Source of the DNA: Terrimicrobiaceae bacterium
Lineage (GTDB): Bacteria > Verrucomicrobiota > Verrucomicrobiia > Chthoniobacterales > Terrimicrobiaceae
Assembly (NCBI GenBank): GCA_041752695.1
Contig: JBGSVZ010000027.1
Coordinates: 32,001 to 96,000, forward strand
DNA: 64,000 nt
Reading direction: 5' to 3'
Part shown: in pieces, positions 43,630-53,370 of the stretch
How the letters are laid out: every line of letters begins with the position of its first letter
Numbering within the stretch: the stretch's first letter is position 1
Position numbers and translations under genes: made by a program
Notes under the pieces: model-generated
Databases searched by the model: none
Seen by the model: the letters and a program-made list of their open reading frames with translations, nothing else
What the model was told of the DNA's origin: nothing

Positions 43630-44709
43630 TCAGTTGTTGAAAAAATGCCGCCCGGTGCGGCCCGCTTCGGTCTGGCGGTCGACTTCGAAATAGACGTCTT
43701 CGAAGATGCTCGCCTCGGTGGGATTCGGGCTCTCGTCAGCGAATTTCGAGGCCGCTGAGGCCTCCGCTTTTTCCTCGGCATCGATCGCTTCGAATTGTTC
43801 TTCGGAAAGGACTTTTTCCGCAATGAGGCGGGCTTTGAAAAGCTGGATGGGATCGTGTTCCCGCTTGTATTTGTCGACTTCTTCCTCCTGGCGGTAACCC
43901 CCCTTGTGTTTGGCGTCCGCCACCGAATGACCGTAATACCGATAAGTATCGAACTCGATCACCATCGGCTTGGATTCCTTGTGCGCGCGGTCGATGGCTT
44001 TCTTGGTCACAGCGCGTACTTCGTAGAGATCTTCCCCGCCGGCTTGTTGCCACTCAATCTTGAAGGCCTCGGCCCGCTGGGCGAGGCATTTGTCGACCAC
44101 CGAGGAACGCTCGAGGCTCGTGCCCATCGAATAGCGGTTGTTCTCGATGATGTAAATGACCGGCAATTCAAAAAGGGACGCCATGTTGAGGCTCTCGTAG
44201 AAGCAGCCTTGATTGACGGCACCGTCCCCGAGGAAACACAGGGCCGCTCCCGTGAGACCCTTGTATTTGAGACCGTAGGCGAGGCCGAGGCCGAGCGGGG
44301 TCTGACCGGCGACAATGCCATGACCGCCCCAGTAGTTTTTGTCCGGCGCAAAAAAGTGCATCGAACCCCCCTTGCCCTTGGAACATCCGGTCGCCTTGCC
44401 GTAGAGTTCCGCCATGCATTCGTTCATGCTCATGCCGACAGAAAGGGCGTGGCCGTGGTTGCGATAGGCCGTGATGACGTGATCGTTGTCACCCATCAAA
44501 GACGTGGTTCCGACCGCGACCGACTCCTGGCCATTGTAGAGGTGGAGGAACCCCCCCATCTTTCCGGCGCTGTAAATCTTGGCAGCCTGGAGCTCGAAGC
44601 GGCGGATGCGGACCATGCTGCGAAGAAGGCGGATTTTTTCCTCATTGGAGAGGTCGGCGTTGACGGGCGACTTGGCGTAGTCAACGGAACTGGCTGCGGA
44701 TTTTGTCAT
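43630..44709 (-). CDS. pdhA: pyruvate dehydrogenase E1 alpha
   Basis: GFLHLYNGQE, GKGGSMH, GDGAVNQG..ENN, YRYYGHS. Confidence 0.95.
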   Translation of the reverse strand: MTKSAASSVDYAKSPVNADLSNEEKIRLLRSMVRIRRFELQAAKIYSAGKMGGFLHLYNGQESVAVGTTSLMGDNDHVITAYRNHGHALSVGMSMNECMAELYGKATGCSKGKGGSMHFFAPDKNYWGGHGIVAGQTPLGLGLAYGLKYKGLTGAALCFLGDGAVNQGCFYESLNMASLFELPVIYIIENNRYSMGTSLERSSVVDKCLAQRAEAFKIEWQQAGGEDLYEVRAVTKKAIDRAHKESKPMVIEFDTYRYYGHSVADAKHKGGYRQEEEVDKYKREHDPIQLFKARLIAEKVLSEEQFEAIDAEEKAEASAASKFADESPNPTEASIFEDVYFEVDRQTEAGRTGRHFFNN

Positions 44710-44876
44710 GCGATGCGGTCGGTTTGATGGTTGAAGCCTCCTTCCAGCCTCGAGGCCCACGGACCCTCATGGCGGTAAAACGCGGTAATATTTCGCACAG
44801 GGAGGGGGTTTGACAACAGGGAAATCTTGCGGGTTTCCGCTTTTCCTCCGGCGAGTTTTCCGCTTGAGATGCCGGG

Positions 44877-45563
44877 ATGTTCGCCTTTTCCCGGTTCGCC
44901 ATCCCCGTTCTGGCCGCATTCTGTGTCTTTTCCACCGGCTGCGCCGTGCTGGAAGAGATGGAGAAAAAACAGGCCGACGCCGGGGAAAAACGCGCCAATG
45001 CCGCCCTCCAGCAGTCGGCCCGGATCGAACACGCCGCCTGGCGGGACCTGGGTGGCTGGAAAAAGCACACCTACCGCAACAAAGCCCTCCTGGCCCAGGC
45101 CACGCCCGACAATGTCTCCGTCGAGATCTCGCTGAAAGAACAACGCGGGCTCCTCCTCGTCCGTGGCGCCATCGCGATGGATTTCCCGGTTTCCACCGGC
45201 AAAGCCTCCCATCCGACTCCCGCCGGCAGTTACCAGATCCGCGCCAAGGAGAAGGACTATCACTCCAACCTCTACGGCCGGATCTTCGACGCCACGGGAG
45301 TTGTGGCTGTTGCCGATGCCGACTCCCGCAAGGACGTGGCGCCGGAGGGCGGACGATTCGAGGGAGCGGCCATGCCCTATTGGATGCGTCTGACCGACGG
45401 CGGCGTCGGCCTGCACGTCGGTTACGTCCCGGGAGGACGCGCCGCCTCGCATGGGTGTATCCGGCTGAAAAAAGAGACCGCCTCCGAACTTTTCACCCTC
45501 ACCAAAATCGGCACCCCTGTCCTCGTCGGACCGGACCTGCCGGCGCTGGAGTCCAGCCTTTAG
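44877..45563 (+). CDS. L,D-transpeptidase lipoprotein
   Basis: Lipobox STGC, PVSTGK, GLHVG..ASHGCIRL. Confidence 0.9.
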   Translation: MFAFSRFAIPVLAAFCVFSTGCAVLEEMEKKQADAGEKRANAALQQSARIEHAAWRDLGGWKKHTYRNKALLAQATPDNVSVEISLKEQRGLLLVRGAIAMDFPVSTGKASHPTPAGSYQIRAKEKDYHSNLYGRIFDATGVVAVADADSRKDVAPEGGRFEGAAMPYWMRLTDGGVGLHVGYVPGGRAASHGCIRLKKETASELFTLTKIGTPVLVGPDLPALESSL

Positions 45564-45567
45564 GCTG
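45546..45567 (+). repeat. single GGAG-type REP arm providing the stop codon
   Basis: CTGGAGTCCAGCCTTTAGGCTG; its TAG (45561-45563) ends the CDS. Confidence 0.8.
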
Positions 45568-45685
45568 GTTCCGCACGGAGTTCCGCCCCGCCTCTCAGCA
45601 ACTTCTGGTTTCCGAAACTCACGCGCAAGGTTTGCTGGCGCAGCGATACCCCAGGCAGGAAACCTGACCCGATCGATCCCATATT

Positions 45686-46120
45686 ATGGAAATCCAACGC
45701 AACGGTTCCCAGCCGTCCACCCAGGGCCCCGCCGAGTATTTTACCGGCACCGTGCGGCTCGACCCTCTATTTCAACCAACGGAGCCTGCCCGCAGTTTTG
45801 GTGCGAGTGTCACCTTCGAGCCTGGGGCCCGGACGATCTGGCACACCCATCCGCTTGGTCAAATTCTCATCGTCACGGCCGGATCCGGCCGTGTGCAGCG
45901 CTGGGGTGGGCCGGTCGAGGAGATCCAGCCCGGGGACGTGGTCAAGATTTCACCTGGTGAAAAACATTGGCACGGTGCGTCGAACACCACCGCCATGACT
46001 CATATTGCGCTGCTTGAAGTCCTCGACGGCAAGAGTGTTGAGTGGCTGGAGAAAGTCACCGAGAAACCCGATTCCGAACCGAAGTCGCCCGAAAACGTCA
46101 CCAGCATCAGGTATGAATAA
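45686..46120 (+). CDS. cupin domain protein
   Basis: [16 protein letters not shown] and PGEKHWHGA. Confidence 0.9.
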   Translation: MEIQRNGSQPSTQGPAEYFTGTVRLDPLFQPTEPARSFGASVTFEPGARTIWHTHPLGQILIVTAGSGRVQRWGGPVEEIQPGDVVKISPGEKHWHGASNTTAMTHIALLEVLDGKSVEWLEKVTEKPDSEPKSPENVTSIRYE

Positions 46121-47174
46121 AACCAAAGCCTACGCCGCCGCCAGCGCGTCCTCTCCACTCACGGCTTCCACCATCCTCCGTCGGAATCCGACAGATCGAG
46201 ACGTGCAAATTGAGATCCTGTTTTGCGGGGTCTGCCATTCGGACCTGCATTGCGCAAGGGACGAGTGGCACGACGTGATGCCGACGGTTTATCCCTGCGT
46301 GCCTGGCCACGAGATTGTCGGCAAGGTCACCTCGGTGGGCTCTGGCGTTCGGAAATTCCAAACCGGCGACCTCGTCGGAGTGGGCTGTCTGGTAGACTCC
46401 GATCACACCTGCCCAAATTGTCAGGAAGGCCTGCAGCAATTCTGCCCGAACATGGTCCTCACCTATGGCTCTCCCGACCGCCATCAAACGGCCGCGGTGA
46501 CCTACGGTGGCTATTCCGACAGCATCGTGGTGGACGAGGATTTTGTCCTTCGCATCCCGGCCAACCTTAGTCTCGCTGCTACCGCGCCTTTGCTCTGCGC
46601 GGGCATCACGACGTATTCCCCCATGCGTCACTGGGGCGTCACGAAGGGGAAAAAGGTGGGGATCGTCGGTCTCGGCGGGCTGGGACACATGGGGGTAAAA
46701 TTCGCCCACGCGTTCGGCGCACATACGGTCGTTTTCACCACTTCGCCGAACAAGACGGACGATGCCTTGCGGCTCGGGGCCGATGAAGTCGTCGTCTCAA
46801 AAAACGCCGCCGACATGGCGAAACACGCTGGCAGCTTTGACTTCATCCTCGATTGCGTGGCGGCTGACCACGACATCAATGCTTATATCAATCTGCTCGG
46901 ACGGGACGGCAACATCACCCTCGTCGGGGCTCCGGAAAAGCCGCTCTCCGTCGCGGCCTTTGGTCTCATCTTCGGACGGAAAAGCCTTTCCGGGTCGCCC
47001 ATCGGCGGCATCCCCGAGACCCAGGAGATGCTCGACTTTTGTGGCCAGCACAACCTCACCGCCGATGTGGAAGTGATCCCCATTCAGAAGATTAACGAAG
47101 CGTATGAGCGGATGCTGAAGTCGGATGTGAAATACCGATTTTCCATCGACATGGCCTCGCTCAAGGCCGAGTGA
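46113..47174 (+). CDS. NAD(P)-dependent Zn alcohol dehydrogenase (CAD-like)
   Basis: [32 protein letters not shown]. Confidence 0.93.
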   Translation: MNKTKAYAAASASSPLTASTILRRNPTDRDVQIEILFCGVCHSDLHCARDEWHDVMPTVYPCVPGHEIVGKVTSVGSGVRKFQTGDLVGVGCLVDSDHTCPNCQEGLQQFCPNMVLTYGSPDRHQTAAVTYGGYSDSIVVDEDFVLRIPANLSLAATAPLLCAGITTYSPMRHWGVTKGKKVGIVGLGGLGHMGVKFAHAFGAHTVVFTTSPNKTDDALRLGADEVVVSKNAADMAKHAGSFDFILDCVAADHDINAYINLLGRDGNITLVGAPEKPLSVAAFGLIFGRKSLSGSPIGGIPETQEMLDFCGQHNLTADVEVIPIQKINEAYERMLKSDVKYRFSIDMASLKAE

Positions 47175-47220
47175 GCGACTGGGCCCCGGTTGCCGATTGT
47201 CCAACGCGGCAAAGCCGCCC

Positions 47221-47613
47221 CTACATTTCGACGTAAACCATCGTATTGTCCACGCCAGCCGGAAAGGTCTCCACGCCGGGATCCGGCGTTTCTACGCCCG
47301 CGGCATAACTCCCGGTCCTCACCCTGTGAGGATTAAAAATGCTGCGGCCGGTTTTGATGTCGAACTCCCACCCATGCCACGGACAGCGAATGATCTCGCC
47401 GTCCCGCTCGAAGCGATATTCCCCCACTGCGGAAGGCGGGCAATACCCGGTGACTTTTCCGGCGCAGAGGGGCGCGAACTGGTGTGGACACACGTTGAGC
47501 AACGCGTGGTATTCCCCGGCGACATTAAACACTCCGATCGATCTTTTCCCGATCGTCACGATCTTGCGGGAGCCCGGCGGGAGCTCGACCGCGGGACAGA
47601 TGAGATGTCTCAT
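47221..47613 (-). CDS. Rieske-type [2Fe-2S] ferredoxin
   Basis: CPHQ...CPWHGWEFD. Confidence 0.9.
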   Translation of the reverse strand: MRHLICPAVELPPGSRKIVTIGKRSIGVFNVAGEYHALLNVCPHQFAPLCAGKVTGYCPPSAVGEYRFERDGEIIRCPWHGWEFDIKTGRSIFNPHRVRTGSYAAGVETPDPGVETFPAGVDNTMVYVEM

Positions 47614-48689
47614 GACGCGCTGGCCACCGGGGCTTCTCCCGCTTGCTCCGCAAAACCATACAACTCCTCCGCAGTTTCGTGGAAGATGCGTCGGGTGAGT
47701 TCCGGGGTCAGTTTGGGCAGCCCGTGAGACGGTGAGTCGTTGTCCCAGTGGGGATAATCCGAGGAAAACATGACCGTCTTCTCCGCATGGATCATTTCCA
47801 AGATGGCTTCGAGGTGGCGGGGGTGCTCCGGTTCCTCAATGGGCTGCGTGGTGAGGCGCACGTGCTCCCAGACGTATTCACTGGGCAGCCGCCGCACCCA
47901 GGGCACGGAGGAACGCAGGGCCTTCCAGTTTTTGTCGAGGCGCCAAAGCAGATGCGGCAGCCAGCCGAGCCCGCCTTCGATGCCGACAAATTTGAGACGC
48001 GGAAATTTCTCGAAGACGCCCTCGCAGAGCAGGCTGGCGAGGTGGCCCATATAATTTTGCGAAAGATTGGTGTGCCACTCCAGATAGGTGCTGGGCCAAC
48101 CCGCGACAAAACCATTGCCCATCCCACACGTCTCCGCGCCGGGATGGACCGCCACCGGCAGACCGCACGCACTGGCCGCCTCATAGATCGGCCAGTAGCA
48201 TTTTTGTCCGAAAGGTATGCGCGCCGCGCTGGTCATGATGGTCTGCACCATCCGTGGATGTCCCGCCCAACGGTGAATCTCCGCCACCGCAGCTTCGGGG
48301 TCCTGCGGGGTGATCAGAATCGACCCATAAAACCGCGGATCCGCGGTCAGCCATTTTTCCGCCAGATGTTCATTATACGCACGCGCCACGGCTGCGGCAA
48401 AATGCACATTGGGATGCACGCCGGCGGAGTTCACCCCGGAGCCGGTGAGAATGGCCTTCGTTATTCCGAAAGGCTCGAGGTGCTGCTCGATCATCTTTTG
48501 CGGACACGATCCGGGAGGACCTTCCGCTGGCGTGGCGTCGCTCCGCAGCACCCCGATGGGACTGGGCAGAAGGTTGGGCGGGAGATGCCAGCCCGGTTCC
48601 CGGAAGGCCCGCGGGAGTCGCTCGATCAGTTCCGTCCCGGCAAAGTTCTGATGGACGTCGCAATCAATAATGGGAAAGCCGATTTTCAT
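47610..48689 (-). CDS. amidohydrolase-2 fold protein
   Basis: ATG 48689 MKIGFPIIDCDVH; VAVHP, EGVFEKFP, IEGG, FSSDYPHWD. Confidence 0.88.
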   Translation of the reverse strand: MKIGFPIIDCDVHQNFAGTELIERLPRAFREPGWHLPPNLLPSPIGVLRSDATPAEGPPGSCPQKMIEQHLEPFGITKAILTGSGVNSAGVHPNVHFAAAVARAYNEHLAEKWLTADPRFYGSILITPQDPEAAVAEIHRWAGHPRMVQTIMTSAARIPFGQKCYWPIYEAASACGLPVAVHPGAETCGMGNGFVAGWPSTYLEWHTNLSQNYMGHLASLLCEGVFEKFPRLKFVGIEGGLGWLPHLLWRLDKNWKALRSSVPWVRRLPSEYVWEHVRLTTQPIEEPEHPRHLEAILEMIHAEKTVMFSSDYPHWDNDSPSHGLPKLTPELTRRIFHETAEELYGFAEQAGEAPVASAS

Positions 48690-48767
48690 CGCTAGCGTTA
48701 GACTGACAAATGGCCTCGACTTTGTCCTCAGGTGAAATTGATATTGCTTGTCTGTAACTGATGTTTC

Positions 48768-49595
48768 ATGGAACCGGGAGTCATTCATTTTCTGGACCGG
48801 CTGGGTGCTCCGTTTTTGTTTTTGGAGGAACGTATTGTCACGGTCACCACGCCGGAGATTCGGAAGTTCACCAATGCACTGCCGAAGATTCTTTTTGTGG
48901 TGGAGGGCCGGATTCTCCACCGGTTCGACGAGGGCCGCGCGGAAAAGCTGCAGGCAGGCTACATCCTGTTCAATCAGGGGGCGTTCCAGCAAACCTACCT
49001 CCCGGTTTCTCCTCCTCGCGCTTCCCGGGTCCGTGTCCTGCGCCTGACGTTTACGCCGGACCGTGATTCGGAATTCGCCCGCGAGATTCTCGCGGGTCTT
49101 CCGCAGAAGGGAGTCGCCCCCTGTCCGCTGACCCAGTGGGTCGCGGGGATGCGGAGGGAACTTCAGTCGCCCCGCCCGGACAGCCGCCAGCGGATTCATG
49201 CTTTGGCTCGGACGGCGCTGATCGACGCGGCCCGGGCGCTGGAAAGCGGTCCCATCGAAGCGGCGACAGACCGCAGCGAACAACTCTGCGACGCCATCTC
49301 CCACCACCTTGACCAACACCTCGCCTCTCCGCTCACCCTGGCCGATGTTGCCCGGGCGGTGGACCGTTCGGAGGAACATATCGCACGGGTTTTTCGGCAG
49401 CGGCGGAACCGGACCATCTTCGCCGAACTCCAGCGGCTCCGCGTCGAAAGGGCGCGTTATCTTCTTCTCTGCTCCAGACTTAGCATGACTTCCATCGCGC
49501 GAGAATGCGGCTTCAGCACACCGGCCCTCTTTAGCAGAACGTTTCGCGTCCAAACCGGAATGAGTCCGACGGAATGTGCGGCGGAATATCGTTAA
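48768..49595 (+). CDS. AraC-family regulator
   Basis: LADVARAV..HIARVF and IARECGFSTPALFSRTFR..GMSP. Confidence 0.88.
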   Translation: MEPGVIHFLDRLGAPFLFLEERIVTVTTPEIRKFTNALPKILFVVEGRILHRFDEGRAEKLQAGYILFNQGAFQQTYLPVSPPRASRVRVLRLTFTPDRDSEFAREILAGLPQKGVAPCPLTQWVAGMRRELQSPRPDSRQRIHALARTALIDAARALESGPIEAATDRSEQLCDAISHHLDQHLASPLTLADVARAVDRSEEHIARVFRQRRNRTIFAELQRLRVERARYLLLCSRLSMTSIARECGFSTPALFSRTFRVQTGMSPTECAAEYR

Positions 49596-49620
49596 CCCTG
49601 CGCACGAGGGTCGGCCCATT

Positions 49621-50655
49621 TCAGAAAAGTCGCAACTGTTCGCCGCCCGGATTGCGGAACGCAGACGTGGAAAGCGGCGGCATCCGGTCGGCGAACCCCT
49701 CCCGCTGGAGACAGACCGCAAAAAGCTGGCGGACCTGTTCCGCAAAAATTCCCTCCCCGCGCATCCGCGTGCCAAAGGTGGAGTCGTTTAACTTGCCCCC
49801 GCGAACATCCCGGATACGTCCGAGGATCTTTTCTTTCGAGCCGGGGAGATGTTCGTCGAGCCAAGCGGAAAAGACGTCCTTCACTCCGTAAGGCAGCCGC
49901 AACATGGTGTAGCCGGCACGCAGGGCTCCCGCCTGCCAGGCCGCCTCGAGAATGGCGGGGATTTCGTGATCGTTCAAACCGGGGATCACTGGTGCGATCA
50001 GGACACCGACCGGGATCCCTGCGGCCGTCAGCTGGCGGACAGCATCCAGCCGGTGCGACGGAGAGGCGGCGCGCGGTTCCAATTTCCGCGCTAGTCCGCC
50101 ATCAAGCGTCGTGATGGAAATATGCACGCTAGCCGCTTGCACGCGGGCAAGTTCGGCGAGGAGGTCGATGTCGCGGGTGACGAGATGATTTTTCGTCACG
50201 ATCCCAACAGGATTGCGAAACTCCGCCAGCACCTGCAGGCAGCCGCGGGTAATTTTTAGTTTGCGTTCCACCGGTTGGTAACAATCCGTCACCCCACTAA
50301 TCGCAATGGGCTGCGGCTGCCATTTCGGTGAAGCCAATTCCTGGCGCAGGAGGTGAGGTGCGTCAGACTTCACCATGATGCGGGTCTCGAAATCCACCCC
50401 GGCCGAGAAGCCGAGGTATTCGTGATAGGGGCGCGCGTAGCAATAGGAACACCCGTGTTCGCAACCGCGATAAGGATTCACGCTGGCCCGGAAACCAATG
50501 TCCGGGCTGTCGTTCATGCTAATGGCACTTTGCGACGAATCCCGCAGATACACCGTGCGTGGATTCGGATTTTCAAACTCCGCATCAATCGCCACCTCCA
50601 GCTTTTCAAACCGTCCCGCGGGATTGATCGTCGCGCCACGTCCGCGGAGGTTCAT
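49621..50655 (-). CDS. PA0069-family radical SAM protein
   Basis: NPYRGCEHGCSYCYARP, SGVTDCYQP, LEPRA, LRLP. Confidence 0.9.
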   Translation of the reverse strand: MNLRGRGATINPAGRFEKLEVAIDAEFENPNPRTVYLRDSSQSAISMNDSPDIGFRASVNPYRGCEHGCSYCYARPYHEYLGFSAGVDFETRIMVKSDAPHLLRQELASPKWQPQPIAISGVTDCYQPVERKLKITRGCLQVLAEFRNPVGIVTKNHLVTRDIDLLAELARVQAASVHISITTLDGGLARKLEPRAASPSHRLDAVRQLTAAGIPVGVLIAPVIPGLNDHEIPAILEAAWQAGALRAGYTMLRLPYGVKDVFSAWLDEHLPGSKEKILGRIRDVRGGKLNDSTFGTRMRGEGIFAEQVRQLFAVCLQREGFADRMPPLSTSAFRNPGGEQLRLF

Positions 50656-50692
50656 GGCGATCTCCGGCCAGAACGCCTGGTCGGCAGCGGCT

Positions 50693-51265
50693 TCACAACG
50701 CCTTCTTGAATTTTTCGAGCTTGGGCACAGTCACGCCCCGGTTGTAGGGATGGTTCGGATTGTTCTCGTAAAAATCCTGATGATATTGCTCCGCCGGATA
50801 AAAGGTGGTGAGCGGGACAATCTCCGTCACGATGGGGCTCTTAAACTGCGAAGCCGCGGCGGCCTTGGATTTCTCGGCGGCGGCTTTTTCCTCCTCGTTG
50901 GTGGTCAGGATGATTGAGCGATATTGCGTACCGGCATCGGCTCCCTGACGATTGAGCGTGGTGGGATCGTGTGCCTTCCAGAAGAGGTCGATCACTTTTT
51001 CGTAGCTGATTTTGGCGGGGTCGAAAGTGATCTGAACCACCTCGGCATGTCCCGTCCGTCCGCTGCAAACCTGCTCATACGTGGGATTGACCACGGAACC
51101 CCCGGCATAGCCACTCACGACGGATTGGATTCCCGGGACGCTCTGATACATGGCTTCCACACACCAAAAACATCCTCCACCCACCGTGGCCACCTGCGAC
51201 TTTTTTTCCTCTGCGCTCATTGGCACAGACGCTATCATACAAAAGAGAAAAATGTACCGGAACAT
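50693..51265 (-). CDS. msrA: peptide methionine sulfoxide reductase A
   Basis: GGCFWC, GHAEVV, HDPT, GTQYRS, AEQYHQ. Confidence 0.95.
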   Translation of the reverse strand: MFRYIFLFCMIASVPMSAEEKKSQVATVGGGCFWCVEAMYQSVPGIQSVVSGYAGGSVVNPTYEQVCSGRTGHAEVVQITFDPAKISYEKVIDLFWKAHDPTTLNRQGADAGTQYRSIILTTNEEEKAAAEKSKAAAASQFKSPIVTEIVPLTTFYPAEQYHQDFYENNPNHPYNRGVTVPKLEKFKKAL

Positions 51266-51305
51266 CCTGAGACCCTCACCCACTGACGGGCACCGCGCAA
51301 GGTGG

Positions 51306-51617
51306 CTACCAGTTTTCTGTGAGAATCGTCAGGTCGTCCACCAAACCGTCGATCTTCTTCAGATCCTTGCGACGGCCCTTGTCGGCCTTCACCGAGGCAC
51401 TCCGGAGCAAGGAGAGCATATCTCGCAGATCCCGCTGCTTTCCGGGAGGAAGTTTCTTTTTTCCGGCTTCCTTCTCCACCGCAGTGCTCACCTGAACAAT
51501 TTCGGCATCCAAACGGGCCAGGTAAGTCTCAACCGTCCCACGCAACGTCACTCGCAATTCCTCCAACTCTGCCGCGATGGCTTTAAAGGGAGCTGCATCA
51601 TTGCCAGGGGTTTCCAT
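51306..51617 (-). CDS. hypothetical helical protein
   Basis: 103-aa ORF filling the gap upstream of msrA. Confidence 0.6.
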   Translation of the reverse strand: METPGNDAAPFKAIAAELEELRVTLRGTVETYLARLDAEIVQVSTAVEKEAGKKKLPPGKQRDLRDMLSLLRSASVKADKGRRKDLKKIDGLVDDLTILTENW

Positions 51618-51747
51618 GCTTCACTATAACCCCGGATTGCCCAGTTCCTCAAGGGCACGATCTCCCGATCAAGTGAATTTTTCGTCACGTTCTCATCTCT
51701 ACACCCTCATGCAGGGCGATATTATTTTAATAAATAACTGATAATCA

Positions 51748-52149
51748 ATGGTTTACAAAAAATCGAGACTCATTAAAGCCGCGCTGGAAGTCCGACTCCG
51801 GGCGTTCGCTCCCTACTCCGGTTTTGCGGTTGGTGCGGCATTGCTCGACGCGGAAGGGGACATTCATACCGGCTGCAATGTGGAGAACATCAGCTACGGG
51901 CTCACTCTCTGTGCCGAAAGGGGGGCCGTGATGAGCGCCATCGCGTCGGGAAGACGGGATTTTGTGGCCATCGCCATTGTGGCCGATACGGACGTGCCCC
52001 TCAGCCCGTGTGGGGCCTGTCGCCAGTTCCTCGCCGAATTCGCGCCGGATCTGGCAATCGTGAGCGCGACCGTCTCCGGACGTCAAGAAGACCTATCCCT
52101 TTCCGTCCTTTTGCCTCGTGCAAAAACCGGCATCTTGAACACGCCATGA
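51748..52149 (+). CDS. cdd: cytidine deaminase
   Basis: APYSGF, GCNVEN, LCAER, PCGACRQ. Confidence 0.94.
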   Translation: MVYKKSRLIKAALEVRLRAFAPYSGFAVGAALLDAEGDIHTGCNVENISYGLTLCAERGAVMSAIASGRRDFVAIAIVADTDVPLSPCGACRQFLAEFAPDLAIVSATVSGRQEDLSLSVLLPRAKTGILNTP

Positions 52150-52179
52150 GACGTTCCTCACGCAGACGTCCTGAAGAAG

Positions 52180-52380
52180 AGGAGAAAATTTAAACCCTTA
52201 TCCTTCTTCTTATAGGTGTGAACAACTCGTCCGAAACGTGTTCCAGCATGTATTCACCGCCGTTCCATGGCCAAAACCTTCTGAGAATAACTTGAGAGTC
52301 ATCCCCACCCTCTGAGAACCCTTTACCCCATAAACCCGATTCATTCGCTTTTGCCCCCACGCTTTCACACAATGTTCACA
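52180..52380. other. candidate replication origin (DnaA-box-like cluster plus AT/trinucleotide tract)
   Basis: About seven 9-mers within 1-2 mismatches of TTWTNCACA, next to a perfect parS. Confidence 0.45.
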
Positions 52381-53196
52381 GCCCTTTCCCAAAAACTGTT
52401 CATCCTTGTTCCACGTGGAACAATCTTGGCGGCGACCCTGATTTTCCTCGCGGTTTTGACGGGATGTTCGCCGAGAAACCCGGACGACACGCTCGTGGTG
52501 GGAATGGATCTTTCGTACCCCCCCTTTGAAACGATCGACGCTTCCGGTCAGCCCGTTGGCGTGAGTGTCGATCTGGCAAAAGCTCTCGCTCATAGTCTGG
52601 GCCGTCCCTTGAAAATCGAAAATATGCCGTTTGTCGGACTTATCCCGTCGCTTCAGAACGGAGGCATCGATTGCGTGATCAGTTCCATGACCGATACCCC
52701 GGAACGGCGCAACGCCATCTCCTTCTCCGACCCCTATCTCTCCACCGGTCTCGCGCTGCTCATCAACACAAAGTCCGGCTACCGCCAGCTCTCCGAGGTG
52801 GACCAACCCGGAAACACCATCGCCGTCCGTCTAGGCACGACTGGGGAATCCTGGGCCCGCCAAAACATTAAGAACGCGACCTTGGTGGCGTTGGAAAAGG
52901 AGAACACCGCGGTTCTGGAAGTGATCCAAGGAAAAGCGGCCGCCTTCATTTACGACCAGATGAGTGTCTGGCAGAATCACCAAAAAAATCCCGAGACGAC
53001 CCGTGCTCTTCTTTCCCCGATTCGCAAAGAAGAATGGGCCATCGGGGTCCGCAAGGACAACGCCGTGCTCCAGGAGCAAATCAACACGTTCTTGAAAGGC
53101 TTCCGCGCCGACGGGGGATTTGACCGATTGGCCGACCAGTATCTGAAGGAGCAAAAGGAAGCGTTTGCCAAAGAGAACGTGCCCTTTCTCTTTTGA
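52372..53196 (+). CDS. amino acid ABC transporter substrate-binding lipoprotein
   Basis: LTGC lipobox, YPPFE, GVSVDLA, LIPSLQ..D, TPERR..FSDPY; start uncertain. Confidence 0.9.
   Translation: MFTALSQKLFILVPRGTILAATLIFLAVLTGCSPRNPDDTLVVGMDLSYPPFETIDASGQPVGVSVDLAKALAHSLGRPLKIENMPFVGLIPSLQNGGIDCVISSMTDTPERRNAISFSDPYLSTGLALLINTKSGYRQLSEVDQPGNTIAVRLGTTGESWARQNIKNATLVALEKENTAVLEVIQGKAAAFIYDQMSVWQNHQKNPETTRALLSPIRKEEWAIGVRKDNAVLQEQINTFLKGFRADGGFDRLADQYLKEQKEAFAKENVPFLF
52407..52422. promoter_or_regulatory. parS centromere-like site
   Basis: Perfect 16-bp palindrome TGTTCCACGTGGAACA. Confidence 0.8.
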
Positions 53197-53319
53197 GACC
53201 GTTTCGCCTGGGGGAGCGCAACAACTCAAAAACCAAAGGCCCGGGCCCGACTGGCAGGCGGTCGAACGCCTGCGTGCGGTCTTGCCCTGTACCGAGGTGA
53301 CGAAAACTCCCACCCGGTT
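53197..53319. ncRNA. candidate structured RNA, family not recognised
   Basis: Nested pairings GACCG/CGGTT, GGGAG/CTCCC, GGGC/GCCC, GACTG/CGGTC, GCAGGCG/CGCCTGC. Confidence 0.3.
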
Positions 53320-53347
53320 TGCGACTTCGCCCTAACGGCGCTACAGT
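53319..53347 (+). promoter_or_regulatory. sigma70-like promoter for pcm
   Basis: TTGCGA-17 bp-TACAGT. Confidence 0.5.
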
Positions 53348-53370
53348 AGGACCGAATTAAAATCGCGCCC

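Noticed and set aside
47610..49775. 721-aa amidohydrolase fusion
   Set aside because: Upstream part is antisense to AraC; real start is 48689
53197..53319. SRP, 6S RNA or c-di-GMP riboswitch identity
   Set aside because: No SRP domain IV motif, shorter than typical 6S, and second GEMM stem missing
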